Shown: positions 12,842-27,590, counted from the stretch's first letter. The stretch is DNA of 64,000 nucleotides from Octopus vulgaris (GCA_951406725.2 OX597819.1:112654001-112718000), one strand, 5' to 3'. A program made the numbers and translations. Notes: generated from the sequence alone by a model not told the origin.

Positions 12842-13091
12842 GAAAAACCACTATTTTAAAACCAAACAAGGAAAGATATAATATACATAAATATACAAAT
12901 GTTTCATGAAACATTTGTAGTGGCGGTTTATTTAATTTATATTAAAATTTTATGTATTGATTAAGTCTTTCCTTGTTTGGTTTTAAAATAGTGGTTTTGT
13001 TCAATTATATTATATAATATTTTACTATAAAATTGGATTTAACCCTAAATCTGATTTTTTCCCTGTAATTTTGGATTCATTCCCTAATATT

Positions 13092-13095
<4 letters not shown>
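12839..13095. mobile_element. Penelope-type fold-back insertion nested in a SINE A copy
   Basis: Arms aaaaccactattttaaaaccaaacaaggaaaga / tctttccttgtttggttttaaaatagtggtttt. The central palindrome tacaaatgtttcatgaaacatttgta contains an HHR-like 3' half (GAAA-catttg-TA). Confidence 0.55.
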
Positions 13096-13142
<47 letters not shown>

Positions 13143-14071
13143 TATGACAGGCTTCTTTCAGTTTCCGTCTACCAAATCCACTCACAAGGCATTGGTCGGC
13201 CTGGGGCCATAGCAGAAGACACTTGCCCAAGATGCCACACAGTGGGACTGAACCCGGAACCATGTGGTTGGTTAGCAAGCTACTTACCACACAGCCGCTC
13301 CTGTGCCTATATATAAAACAATACCTGTTGTCATAGATGCTCAGGGAATGATAGCGAAAGGGGCTGAAAATCAGTTGTCCAGGCTATGAAAACCAGTTGT
13401 TGAGGCTATGAAAACCAACTGTCCAGGCTTTTGCAAACCAACAGGAGAAAATATAATTAGTCATATAAACAAAGAATTCATTGAAACATGAATGAGGCAG
13501 GGTGTGAGCTGATAGCCAGCTATATTCTTAATCAAGTGAGTTTAATAAGGCATTCATTTCCAAAGCTGCTGCATTTCATCAATATCTATAACTAGTTTGT
13601 TAACATAACCACCACCATCACCACCACCATCACCAACACCGTCACCACCAACATCATCATCATTCCACTTTTCCATGCTTGCATGGGTCAGATGGAATTT
13701 GTTGAGGCAGACGTTCCAGGGCTGGATGCACTTCTTGTCACCAACCCACACTTGTTTTGTGGGTTTTTTTCCAAGCAAGATAACATATCACCATGACTGG
13801 ACAAGTTTTCATGAAAGATTAGAAACAAATGACACCACTTGTATGATGGGGACATTCACTTACAATTATTGCACAATGTCAAGGCAAGGAGGCACACATC
13901 ATCATCATCATCATCATCGTTTAACGTCCGCTTTCCATGCTAGCATGGGTTGGACGGTTCAACTGGGGTCTGGGGAGCCCGAAGGCTGCACCAGGCCAGT
14001 CAGATCTGGCAGTGTTTCTACAGCTGGATGCCCTTCCTAACGCCAACCACTCCGAGAGTGTAGTGGGTGAT

Positions 14072-14380
14072 TTTATGTGCCACCGACACAGGTGCCAGAC
14101 GAGGCTGGCGAACGGCCACGCTCGGATGGTGTTTTTATGTGCCACCGACACAGGTGCCAGACGAGGCTGGCGAATGGCCACGCTCAGATGGTGTTTTTAT
14201 GTGCCACCGACACAGGTGCCAGACGAGGCTGGCAGACGGCCACACTCGGATGGTGTTTTTATGTGCCACCGACACAGGTGCCAGACGAGGCTGGCAGACG
14301 GCCACGCTCGGATGGTGTTTTTATGTGCCACCGACACAGGTGCCAGACGAGGCTGGCAGACGGCCACGCTCGGACGGTGT
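14072..14380 (-). repeat. 62-bp tandem repeat, 5 copies, in the RTE 3' UTR
   Basis: atgtgccacc recurs at 14075, 14137, 14199, 14261 and 14323. Confidence 0.95.
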
Positions 14381-14652
14381 TTGTTACATGCCCACAGCAC
14401 GGAGGCCAGTCGATGCGGTACTGGCTACGGTCCCGTTCGGATGGTTTTCTTATGTGCCACCGGCACTGGTACCACAAGGATACAAATTCCATTGATGTTC
14501 ATCTATTTTGATTTGGTTTGACTTGATTTGATTTGACTTTGATTTGATTTGCCTCAACAGGTCTCAACAGGTCTTCACAAGTGTCACAAGCAGGAAGGTA
14601 TGCACAGGCGGACTGACTACGTCCCAGGTAGGGGCCACGGGTTATGGCTTCA

Positions 14653-17611
14653 CTAGTCTTGCCGGGTCTTCTCACGCACAGCATACTTCCATAGGTCTCG
14701 GTCTCAGGTCATTTCCATGGTGAGACCTAATGTTCGAAGGTCGTGCTTCACCACCTCGTCCCAGGTTTTCCTGGGTCTACCTCTTCCACGGGTTCCCTCA
14801 ACTGCTAGGGATTGGCACTTTCTCACACACCTATCTTCATCCATTCTCGCCACATGACCATACCATCGCAATCGTCTCTCTTGCACGCAACAACTGATGC
14901 TTCTTAGGTACAACATTTCTCTTAGGGAACTAACACTCTGTCGAGTAAGTACACTGACATTACACATCCATCGGAGCATACTGGCTTCATTCCTCATGAG
15001 CTTACGCATGTCCTCAGCAGTCACGGCCCATGTTTCACTGCCATGTAGCATGGCAGTTCGAACACATGCATCATACAGTCTGCCCTTTACTCTGAGCGAG
15101 AGGCCTTTAGTTACCAGCAGAGGTAAGAGCTCCCTAAACTTTGCCCAGGCTATTCTTATTCTAGCAGTTACACTCTCAGCACACCCACCCCCACTACTGA
15201 CTTGGTCACCTAGATAACGGAAGCTATCAACTACTTCTAATTTTTCCCCCTGGAAAGTGACGGAAGTTGTTTTCTGCAGATTTTCGGAGGTCAATGCTCC
15301 CGAGCATCTGCCACATATAAAGACTGTCTTCCCAGTTAGCCTACCTTTGACATTGCTGCACCTCTTATGTGTCCATAGCTTACACTGGGTACATCTTATA
15401 GAGTTTCTACCTACACCTTTTCTACAGATCGAGCAGGGCCATCTTCCTGAGGACATTTGTGGATTGCCTACCTTTCTACTTATTAGTACTTTGGTTTCAG
15501 CTAGGTTGACTCTAAGGCCCCTCGATTCTAAACCCTCCTTCCACACCTGGAACTTCTCCTCCAGTTCTGATAGTGACTCAGCAATTAGAGCGAGGTCGTC
15601 AGCATAGAGGAGCTCCCAGGGGCAGCCTGTCTTGAATTCCTCTGTTATTGCCTGGAGGACTATGATAAATAGGAGGGGGCTGAGTACTGAACCCTGGTGG
15701 ACCCCAACCTCTACTTTGAATTCTTCTGTGTACATGTTGCCAACCCTAACCTTGCTTACGGCATCTCTGTACATGGCTTGCACAGCCCTCACCAGCTATT
15801 CATCTATCCCTAGTTTCCTCATTGACCACCAGATGAGGGATCGGGGGACCCTATCAAAGGCTTTCTCCATGTCAACGAAAGCCAGGTACAGGGGCTTATC
15901 TTTGGCTAGGTATTTCTCCTGCAGCTGCCTTACCAGGAATATAGCATCAGTGGTGCTTTTCCCTGGCACAAACCCAAACAGCATCTCATCTAAACTAACT
16001 CTCTCTCTAATTAGTTGGGCTATGACCCTCTCCGTAACCTTCATTACCTGATCCAACAGCTTGATACCTCTGTAATTATTTGTATCTAGGGCATCACCTT
16101 TACCTTTGTAGCAGTTGACTAGTATGCTGCTACACCAGTCATTGGGTATGACTCCTTCGTGTATCACCTGGTTGACTATACGGGTGACTAGGTTATAGCC
16201 GACACTGCCAGATATTTTGAGCATCTCTGCAGTAATTCCTGATGGGCCTGGGGCTTTCCCTGTCTTCATGCTTCTAATTGCCTTAGCTACCACGGAACTA
16301 TCAACTCGGATAGCTGGTCCCTCTGTTGGGTCAACATTCGGCAGACTCTCTTTATCCCATTCATTTTCTTTATTCAGCAACCTTTCATAGTGGCATCTCC
16401 AAACCCTCTCTTTGCTTCCTCATTTAGTGCAAGTGAACCATCATCCATGCGAACACATTTCTCTCCTACCACATCACGATTCTCTCTCACACACTGTCTT
16501 GCAACACGAAATACCTCAAGTCTTTCATCCTCACGGCGCAGAACATTGGCAAATTTTTTCTTATCCGCTTCCCCTCTGGCTAAATAAACCTGTCTCCTAG
16601 CTTCCCTTCTGGCTGTCTGATACAATTCCCTGCTACCACCGTTCTTCCAGTCCTTCCAAGCCTGTCTCTTTTGTCTAATAGCCCTGTCAACCACAGTGTT
16701 CCACCACCATGTTACTCTGGGTTGAGATGGTACTTTGCTCCATCCACAGATCTGGTCAGTGGCTGTCAGCAGATTGTCCCGTAGAAATCTCCAGTTGTCT
16801 TCCACATTAAGTGAAGCTATATCCCCTTCTATTTCGTCAAAGGCTTTGAGTAGTATGTCTCTAAATCTCTGTCCATTTGCAGGATCTTTAAGCTTCCAGA
16901 CCCTTCTCCTCCAAGCAGGTCTTCTTCTGGGCAACCATTTAGCTCTGATCCTGAAGTCGCTAACTACTAATCTATGTTGAGGAGTGCATTCTTCGCCTGG
17001 AAAGGTTTTGGCATTTATAATCAGCCCTCTTTCCCTTTTTCTGGCAAGGATGTAGTCAATCTGGCTGGTGTGTCTGCCAGAACGGTAGGTGACTAGGTGA
17101 GAGGAGAGTTTCCTGAAGTTGGTATTGCAGACCATAAGGTCATTTGCATCGCAGAACTCCAGCAGCCTGGTTCCCTCCTCATTACGAGAGCCGAAACCGT
17201 AGCCTCCATGGACGCCATGGAAGCCCCTGACATGCCGTCCGCCATGTCCATTGAAATCACCTGCCACGAAGAGAAGGTCACTGTCATTTGTCAACGAGGT
17301 AGTTCGCAATAGGGTGTCATAGAATTGGTCTTTTTGTCCTTCCGGTAGCCCTGGTTGAGGGGCATATGCCGAGATGATGGTAACTGTCCTGTGGTGAAGA
17401 ACTAATCTAATTTTAATTACTCTGTCACTTACTCTGACTACCTCAATTACCTTACCTACCCATTTCTCTGCAAGAAGTATACCCACGCCCCCGACCCCGT
17501 CCGTGTTCCCTGCCCAGAAAATCTTGTACCTGTGTTCCTTGCCTGTGAGGAGCCTAGCAGAACCTCCTCTCCACCTTACTTCCTGGATACAACATACATC
17601 CACACGTCTCC
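14653..17611 (-). pseudogene. RTE EN-RT ORF with three disabling lesions
   Basis: A 1-bp frameshift near 16405, TAG in place of Trp at 15796-15798, and a premature TGA at 14704-14706. The natural stop is TAG at 14653-14655 after DRDLWKYAVREKTRQD. Confidence 0.85.
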
Positions 17612-17653
17612 GTATATATGCTATTTACAATGTGTGTGTATGTGCGCGTGTGT

Positions 17654-17699
<46 letters not shown>

Positions 17700-20600
17700 A
17701 TACTCTACTCTTTTACTCTTTTACTTGCTTCAATCATTTGACTGTAGCCATGCTGGAACACTACCTTTAGCCAAGCAAATTGACTCCAGGACTTATTCTT
17801 TGTAAGCCTAGTACTATTCTATTGGTCTCTTTTGCTGAACTGCTAAGTTACGGGGACATAAACACACCAGCATCAGTTATCAAGCGATGTTGGGGGGACA
17901 AACACAGTCAGACAAACATACACACATATATATACATATACATATATAACCCCCTGTGGGCAATAAAGAAATATATATATGATGGGCTTCTTTCAGTTTC
18001 CATCTACCAAATCCACTCCCAAGGCTTTGGTTGGCCTGAGGCTATAGTAGAAGACACTTGCCCAAGGTGCCACGCAGTGGGACTGAATTCGGAACAATGT
18101 GGTTGGTTAGCAAGCTACTTACCACACAGCCACTCCTGCGCCTATGCATATCTTTATGTAATGTATTTCTTTCGGTTTCTGCTTTCCAAATCCAATCACA
18201 AGGCTTTGGCCCATCCAAGATTTGAGTAAAAGACAGTTGCCAAAGATACCACACAATGAGACTGATCCCAAAACCATGTGAATGGGAAGCAAACTTCATA
18301 ACCACGCAGCTATGTTTGGACTAATTAGAAAAAGATACAATTTCTCACTGTATAAATAATATGGGGAAAATTGAGGCTAAATTTACAAGCACCATCATCA
18401 TCATCGTATAACGTTCGCTTTCCATGCTAGCATGGGTTGGACAATTTGACTGAGGACTGGCAAACCAGATGGCTGCACCAGGCTCCAATCTTGATCTGGC
18501 AACGTTTCTACAGCTGGATACCCTTCCTAACACCAACCACTCGGAGAGTGTAGTGGGTGCTTTTACATGCCACCAGCACGAGGGCCAGCCAGGAGTACTG
18601 GCAACTGCCATGCTCAAATGGTATTTTTACGTGCCACCTGCACAGGAGCCAGTCCAGCGGCACTGGCAACGACCTCACTTGGATGGTTTTTCATGAACCA
18701 CCGGCACAAGTGCCAGTAAGGCATAGCACAAATTACCCAACCTGATTAGTACCTGGGGTTGTCTTAGAACAGACAACAAAAATATTTGTGAATTTAATAG
18801 ATTTGCATAATGTGGTCCTTAAAAATGAAGGACCTTTTTAAATTTAGAGCAACATTGTGTAGATCATGAGGACAATAACTAGATATAATTGAGATGCAAA
18901 GGAAAAACTTTTCAATTAAAGAAGTTTATATTAATTATTAAGAATTTTTGAAAAAGGGATGAAGATGATAATGGAAGCAAATCCAAATCTAGAGAGAATA
19001 ATTGGTTTCTAATTTAGGTGAAAGGGAAGACATGTTGAAGGAAAGGGGTTAGTCATAGCAGCAGTCTCTAGTACTAGAGTGATACTTTATTTTATCAGTC
19101 CCAAATGGATGAAAAGCAAAGTTGAACTTGGTTGGACTTGAACACAGAATGTAAAGATTCGAAACAGACTGCAATGCATTTTCTTTCCAATGCACAAATG
19201 ATTCTGACAATCCACTGCCTTACTGTGCCAGTGCCACATGAAAACACCTGTGCTGGAGCCACATAAGAGGCACCCATGTCAGTACCTCATAAAAAGCACC
19301 TGTGTCTGTGCCACATAGAAGGCACTAATGCTGGTGCCTCCATAAAAACAAGTGCCAGTGCCGCATAAAAGCATCCGGTGCACTCTGTAAGGTGGTTGGT
19401 ATTAGGAAGGGCAGCCAACTGTAGAAGTCTTGACGAAATCTTGACATAGGCGCAGGAGTGGCTGTGTGGTAAGTAGCTTGCTTACCAACCACATGGTTCC
19501 GGGTTCAGTCCCACTGCATAGCACCTTGGGCAAGTGTCTTCTACTATAGCTTCGGGCCAACCAAAGCCTTGTGAGTGGATTTAGTAGACGAAACTGAAAG
19601 AAGCCCGTCGTATATATGCATATGTATATATGTATATATGTGTGTGTATGTTTGTGTGTCTGTGTTTGTCCCCCCAACATCGCATGGCAACCGATGCTGG
19701 TGTGTTTACATCCACGTAACTTAGCGGTTCAGCAAAAGAGACCAATAGAATAAGCACTAGGCTTACAAAGAATAAGTAAAATTTGCTCGACTAAAAAGGC
19801 CGTGCTCCAGCATGGCCACAGTCAAATGACTGAAACAAGTAAAAAGTAAAATTGGGGTATGGTGCAGCTCTCTGGTAGGCCAACTCCTTTTAAACCGTTC
19901 AACCCATGCCAGCATGGAAAACAGATGCTAAATGATGATAATGATGGTAATAACGATGATATCTAATTTATGAGCAAGACCAGCAATTTTAAGAGAAAGG
20001 GATTACTTAACAACATCAATCTTTAGTACTAAACTGATACTTTATTCTATCATCTCTGGAGAAATAAAAGGTAAATCTGGCCTCTATGAGGTTTGAACTC
20101 AGAATGTAAAAAACTGGAAGAATAGAGCAACGCTTTTTTATTTTTAAAAATGTTAATGTTTCCGTTATCTCACAGGTAAGAGAAGTTAAAAATACACATA
20201 ACTGCTACAAAATCATCCAATGAGAAGAAAGGAAAATTGAAACAAACGGTTGCTGTATTTAAAATTTAATATGGATTTTTGTATAAGCTTATGCAAATCA
20301 AAACACATCTAATTTATTTCCTGTTTTACTCTTTACTCTTTTACTTGTTTCAGTCATTTGACTGTGGCCATGCTGGAGCACCACTTTTAGTCAAGCAAAT
20401 CAACCCCAGGACTTATTCTTTGTAAGCCTAGTACTTATTCTATCAGTCTCTTTTGCCACACCAGCATCGGTTGTCAAGCGATGTTGGGGGGACAAACACA
20501 GACACACAAACATATACACACACACACACACATATAAACATATAAACATATACGACAGGCTTCTTTCAGTTTCCGTCTACCAAATCCACTCACAAGGCTT

Positions 20601-21471
20601 TGGTCGGCCTGAGACTATAGTAGAAGACACTTGCGCCGAAGGTTCCACACGGTGGGACTGAACCCAGAACCATGTGGTTTGTAAGCAAGCTACTAATCAC
20701 ACAGCCACTCCTACACCTATGGCTCCTGTTTATATATATATATATTTACATATATATTCTTTTCTAGGCACATGGCCCAAAATTTTGGGGGAGGGAGCCA
20801 GTTGATTAGATCAACCCCAGTATGCAACAGGTACTAAATTCATCAATCCTGAAAGGATGAAAGGCAAAGTTGACCCCAGCGGAATTTGAACTCAGAATAT
20901 AAAGACAGCATTTCACCTGGCGTACTAACATTTCTGCCAGCTCACTGCCATGTTTACATATTATATATTACACTTTTACTGTATTAGATTGTCTAATAAA
21001 GGCTAGTTGGCCAAAACTTCAAAGTTACAGTCATCCCTTTCTTATAAAAGTATATATATATTTCCTTTAAAATGTATTCAGCAATTCTTGAGTTAAATAT
21101 TAAATTGTTTTTTTTTATTATAACTCAAGATAAAAACAAACATAAATATATTTTTTTATATTAATGTTTTATCAGTTTTTTTTCATAAAGTATATCAGAA
21201 AATTTAGAATTTGATATTTTAGACACAGAGCTGCAATATTACATGTATTCATATATTTCAATAAAATGGTTTCAAACTCTACAATGGTTTCTTGTCATAT
21301 GAATCATTCTCTGTAAATTGGGGATAGCCCTGGATATGTATGTATGTGTATACGTTTTCGCATATATGTACATGCACACTTGGACAGTACATAGACAAAC
21401 ACACACACACACACACATATTCTTTGGCATGTTCTAGTCATCATGGTTAAAGGCTTGCTGGGAACTCCATA

Positions 21472-21523
<52 letters not shown>

Positions 21524-21786
21524 GACATTAAATAATGATATATATATATAGTTACATATATATATATATATATACATACACATACATATATAGTTATATA
21601 TACACACACATCTATATATATATATGTATATACAAATACAAACACAGATATAGTCACCATATTTGATGGTATATAAAAGATATTAGGTCATATTTGACGC
21701 ACCCGAATATCAGCTGTGCATAGCTTTTAGTGCATTAAAGCTTATGAGATCCAGGGTTAATTTTTGAGACATTTTTTTCAAATACA

Positions 21787-22098
<312 letters not shown>

Positions 22099-22651
22099 AA
22101 TATTAAATTCCTAAATATCTCATAGAGATATGTCCGGTGGTGGAGCCCTAGGGCTAAACAGCGGTGGTGTAATTCCCTTACAGGACTGTCACGTTAAGTT
22201 GACAGTATACAACCACTCTATATATATATATATATAAAGGAATACAAAAAATGGGACAAGACTGCAAAACATCCAGACAGTTAGATGATACAAAAAAGGG
22301 ACAAAAATAAGGACGGGTCATTCGGAGTTTTCTTTCTTCAGTCAAGTTCCAGATTATCATATATGTATGTGTGTGTGTGTGTGTTTATATATGGATATAC
22401 ATAAAATATTTACCTGACTTGGAGTGACAAAATAACAGCATCACTTTTGGTTGCTTCTGAGTTGAATGTAGAGTGAAAATTGGCACAGAAGTCAAGTGTG
22501 TTATGGTATACGTATGTGTGTGTGTACATTTGCATGTGCGTGAGTGTGTGTACTTATATGTGTGCCTTTGTGTGTGCTTGTGTGTGTGCGTGCATGTGCC
22601 TGTGTGGACTTAAATAGAACACTATTGTGCCCTAAATATCTCGGTCTATCA

Positions 22652-22690
<39 letters not shown>

Positions 22691-23009
22691 GTGTGTGTAT
22701 ATCTGTGTGTGTGTTATACTAGTATTGGTGCAGTGTATATATGTATGTATGCTTATGTGCTTGTGTATTTTATATAACTTGTCTGAATGTAAGAGTGTAT
22801 ATATATGTGTGTGTGTGCATATATAGACATACACATATACACACACACACAAAGATATATATATCATTATATAATATATACATTTACATTTAACAAGTAT
22901 GTATGTATATATATATACATATATATATATACATATATATATATGTAAGTGGTAGGTCTATATTTTGTACGTTAGTTGTGATACATGTATGTGTATGCTT
23001 TATATATTT

Positions 23010-23061
<52 letters not shown>

Positions 23062-23429
23062 ATACTTATACACACACGTACACACATATATATGTATGCT
23101 TTTATATATATATTTATATATATAGATATATATATATGGACATATGTATATATGTGTTTGTGTGTATGCCTATGATTGTGAATATTTGTATATGTATGTA
23201 TATGGTACACACCTAAAAATAGATAATTAAATGGTGATGGTCATGACATATAATAAAGCCCTTGTTTAAAATGTTTCGCCACCCTCAGATACCCCATCCC
23301 CCACGTCACATCACATCACCCATCACATCACATCACCCATGTACCCGCCCACCCCATTCCTGACATACCCTAACTTTGGTAAGTTTCAAGAGATGAGTCA
23401 ATTTTTGAAAGTACCACAAAGATGTATTA

Positions 23430-24880
23430 TAATTGTTGTTGTTGTTGCTGCTGCTGCTGTTTTTGTTGTTCTTGTTCTTGTTATTTTTGTTGTTGCTGTT
23501 GTTGTTTTTGTTGCTGCTGCTGCTGCTGTTGTTGTCGTTGCTGTTGTTGTAGCTGCAGTTGTGGTAGTGGTGGTAGTGGTGGTGGTGGTGGTGGTGGTGG
23601 TGGTGGTTGGTGGTGGTGGTGGTGAGAGCGAGAGTGCAAGTTGGAATAGTGCATTGTGATGGTGATGGTCATGGGTGAGTCGGTGTGATGGTGGAGATGA
23701 AGATAATGGTGGTGGTGGTGGTGGTGGTGGTTGGTGATGGTGGTAGTTGGTGGTGGTGTACGTTGGATTTGGTGGAGAGATGTTGAGACATGATGCTATG
23801 TGGTGATAGTGGTGGTGGTGGTGGTAGTGGTGGTGATGGTGGTAGTGGTGGTGATGGTGGTGGTGGTAATGGTGATGATGATGAGTGTAGTCTTTGAGGT
23901 GATGTGCTGTATTATATGCATGCAGTGACAGCAATGGCAGTGGTGGCAGTGGTGGAGGTGGTGACAGTGGTGGTGGCAGTTGCAGTGTTGTTGTTGGTGG
24001 TGGTGGCAATGGTGGTGGTTACAGTGTTGTTGTTGGTGTTGGGATGGGTACAGATGTACATGGTGGTGTTAAGAAAATGAAGGGTGGTGGTGGTGGTGGT
24101 GGTGGTGGTGATGGCAGTAATGGTTATGGAACTGTATGTAGTGGTGACTTTATGCAGTGGTAACGTTTGTGATGTAGTATGGTTGGTGTTTGTAAATATG
24201 GGTTCTAGTCGTAGTAATGGTCATGGTAGTTAGTAGTTTTGATGGTGGTGTTGGTGGTGGTGGTGGTGGTGGTGGTGGCAGCAGCAGTGGTGGTTGGTGT
24301 TGTGGTTGAGGTGGTGGTGGTGGTGATGGCAGTAATGGGTATGGAGTGGGGAGCTGTATGTAGTGGTGACTTTATGCAATGGTAACGTTTGTGATGTAGT
24401 ATGGTTGGTGTTTGTAAATATGGGTTCTGGTTGTAGTGGTGGTCATGGCAGTTAGTAGTTTTGATGGTGGTGGCAGAGGTGGTGTCAATGTTAGCAGTGG
24501 TGTTAGTGGTTGTTGTGGTGGTTGTGGTGGTTGTGGTAGTGGCAGCAGCAGCAGTGGTGGTTGGTGTGGTGGTTGTGGTTGTGGTGGTGGCAGTGATGGT
24601 GTCACTGTTAGTAGTGGTATTAGTAGTGATGATTGTATTGGTGGAAGTAGTGGTAGTGGTGGTGGAAGAGTGATGGTGGTGGTGTAGATATGGATCGTGA
24701 GATAACAGTTATATATGTCATTGTATGATTACCATATGTCTGTGTGTGTGAGTGTATGGTGTGTGTGTGTATGTGGTGTGAATGTGTGGTGTGTGTTTGT
24801 GCATGTGTTTGTGTGTGAGTGTGTGGTGTATGTGTGTGTATGTGTGTGGTGTTTGTGTATGTGTGTGTGTGTGTGTGTGT
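23430..24880. repeat. G/T-skewed low-complexity block, (GTT)/(GGT)/(GT)n, with an internal duplication
   Basis: About 24083-24250 is repeated at about 24310-24472 (gatggcagtaatgg...ctgtatgtagtggtgactttatgca...gttagtagttttgatggtgg). Confidence 0.85.
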
Positions 24881-24961
24881 ACTTACTATGTCATTTCAAC
24901 AAACTGAATATATAAGTGTGTAGTATGTGATTCTGTATTTCTACAAATATGTGTGTGTGTG

Positions 24962-24993
<32 letters not shown>

Positions 24994-25329
24994 ATTTCTA
25001 AATATAATTTTGTGAGTGTGTTTGCATTTTTGCATACAAACAGAATATATGTGTGTCGTGCATATTCGATCCTATATTTGAACAAATCTATATGTGTATG
25101 TGTGCATATGTGCATGTGTGTGTGTTTCTTCATATAATTGTGTGTGTGTGTTTCTGTATTTTATTATGTGTGTGTGTGTGTGAATATATTTATATGTGCC
25201 TTCATAAATGAACCAGAGTACTGTTTTATCTCATACATTCCATTGCCTACACCCACACTCAATTATATGCTATTTCTAGAAAATCACTGACCCTTTACTG
25301 GGTTCATCCATCCTTTTGACACAAATATT

Positions 25330-27590
25330 GCTTTTGCTGTTGGTTTTCTAACAAATCTCCTCCCCAGGTTAGTTTGGCGGGGGAAACTGATCTAGTTATT
25401 GGCAACTTGACCATGAAAAAGCTTATTACAGGTTAACAGGATGCCAATTGTACTAACAAGCAACCTGACACAAACATATCTATAAACATTACCCTGAAAC
25501 AATGTGGCCCAAAGCTAGCCCTTATTTTCACCAAACTATTAATTCTCTCTTTCCTTCTCTCTCTCTCTCCCTCTCTCTCTCTCTCTTTACTGAGATGGAG
25601 GAATTTCAACTGTCTTTCATGGTCTGCTACCACAACAGCTCCTTTATAGGAGCCCGTTAGCTCAAGACATCATCAAGAGGAACCACATCCGGTTTCGGCC
25701 CCTGCTCCTCTACTGTTTTGACGTAGCGTCCCCCCCTTTCGGTGATGTCTTCAGCTCTTGTGTTGGGTGCATGTCTTCTTACTTCTGTTCCCTGGCCTCT
25801 TCGATGTAATGTAGCGTCAGCAAGTGTCAGCCAGTGACTGACTCTACCATCCAATCATATCCACTTCCAGCATCTCAAAGATGAACATGACAATAATTAA
25901 CAACAACCTTCTCCAGTTCCTTCGAATATTCTCCTTCTTCATTGAACTTGGTGATGGAATGTGTGAACTAAATGGTTTTCATAAAACCAGCTCTGCCAGA
26001 GACTTTCTCTTTTATGTCATTCACATGTGGACCATGGTTAGTCCACATTACTCTGAAGGGAGTATAGGACTAGTTTCCTAGTTTCTCTGGTGGATATATT
26101 CCTCCCTGGACAGGATGCTGATTCACCACAGGACTATCCATTTTTACCAGCTGAGTGGACTGGAACAACATGAAGAGAAGCATTTTGCTCAAGAACACAA
26201 CACATTTACTGGTCCAGGAATCAAAACCACAATCTTATTTCTTTATTGCCCACCAGGGGCTAAACATAGAGGGGATAAACAAGGGCAGAAAAAGGGATTA
26301 AGTTGACTACATCGACCCCAGTGTGTAACTGGTACTTAATTTATCGACCCTGAAAGGATGAAAGGCAAAGTTGACCTTGGTGGAATTTGAACTCAGAGCG
26401 TAACAGCAGACGAAATACTGCTAAGCATTTCGCCCGGCTTGTTAACGTTTCTGCCAGCTCGCAGCCACAATCTTACGATCATGAGTCCAACACCCTAACC
26501 ACTAAACTTTGTACCTCCACCACACAGACTATACTTCTAAATAATTTAATGAATACAGTACTGAAGTAGTCAAGCTCAACAAAGCATTCACCTGTATCTG
26601 ATATGCAAATCTCTGGGCAAAACTGCCAATATATGTGTTCCATTTGTTTCTCATCTCTAGAATAAGAAGCTTACTGTCCCATCATAGCATGTGTTGATGC
26701 GACTCACACAAGCTATCATTCTTTGTGTACCTAAAGAGTAAATTTTATTCCTCATAATTTTCCTCCTATATATCAATAACTTTGTTGCTGTCACCTTCAA
26801 CAATTTCAACTTCTGTATAAATGATATCAATTTTCATTCATGCATAACCTTCTGAACCTACATGTCATCAGTATGTTCCCTAGACACCTTACACCAAACC
26901 AGCACTGCCTCCATGAAAAGGGAGCTCAAAAACATTATCCAGTGGTATTGTATCAATCATGTTTTCTTCAACAACACAAAGGACAGAGTCACTACATGTA
27001 TCAAGAACATAATATCATACATCCATCAACATGGATAGCCTACATCTAGGACTGTCTAGGTTACCACAGATACCAGGCCTTCTTATTACTGAGTGTCTCT
27101 CTTGGTGAGTGCACATCCTCAACTTAACAAAGATGGCATCATAAAGACTGGCTTTCTTCTTCAGAGCCAGAAGTTATTTCCTCTACAAAGCTCAGGTGAG
27201 ACCTACAGTGTAGCACTGCTTCCACATCTGGGATGGTGTTGCAGACACACACACGCACAAACACACGCACACACACGCACACACACACACACACATACAC
27301 AAAACACACACACAAAACACACACACACACACACATGCATCCAAGACTATAGCCATCCTAAATGGCATGAAGTCATTCAAAATCTTTCACAAATATGCTT
27401 CAAGTTCTTGTCCAAAGATTTACCATCCCTTCTTTCTGCTTTTCCAATGCTGCTTTTCACCTAAAGCCTTCTACTCCTCTGATTTCGTCCACATTAGAAC
27501 CCCACTTTCCTGTCAGACACCTTATCAACAATTACATTCAATCTTTTTTCCACAGAAAGTAAACCCTCTGGAATTCTTTCTCTGTCCATG
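25330..27590 (+). mobile_element. Old CR1/L2-like LINE RT remnants, fragmented by younger insertions
   Basis: NISINITLKQCGPKLALIFTKLL near 25475-25545 and IFLLYINNF..TFNNFNFCIND near 26755-26830 resemble decayed GPDxIPxxVLKxCAPEL and LFLLYINDL...FADD motifs. Confidence 0.5.

Larger units (their letters stand above)
13898..17611 (-). mobile_element. RTE-clade LINE, 5'-truncated and nearly intact (APE endonuclease, RT, structured 3' UTR, (TGA)n tail)
   Basis: APE motifs (VCCIQEVRW, SAYAPQ, GDFNGH, SQIDYIL, QHRLVV) and RT motifs (KAPGP, YRGIKLL, FVDMEKAFD, GVHQGSVLSPLLF, LLYADD). RTE-type C-terminus RRLRWYGHV.RM...GRGRPRKTW. Confidence 0.95.

Noticed and set aside
19448-19530. tRNA gene-like A/B boxes (also 60806-60875)
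   Set aside because: These are heads of SINE-type repeats and do not form a complete cloverleaf.
22250-22360. Additional hammerhead candidates (also 8620-8680, 41290-41375 and 47085-47125)
   Set aside because: Only one core box or no convincing stem I could be read.
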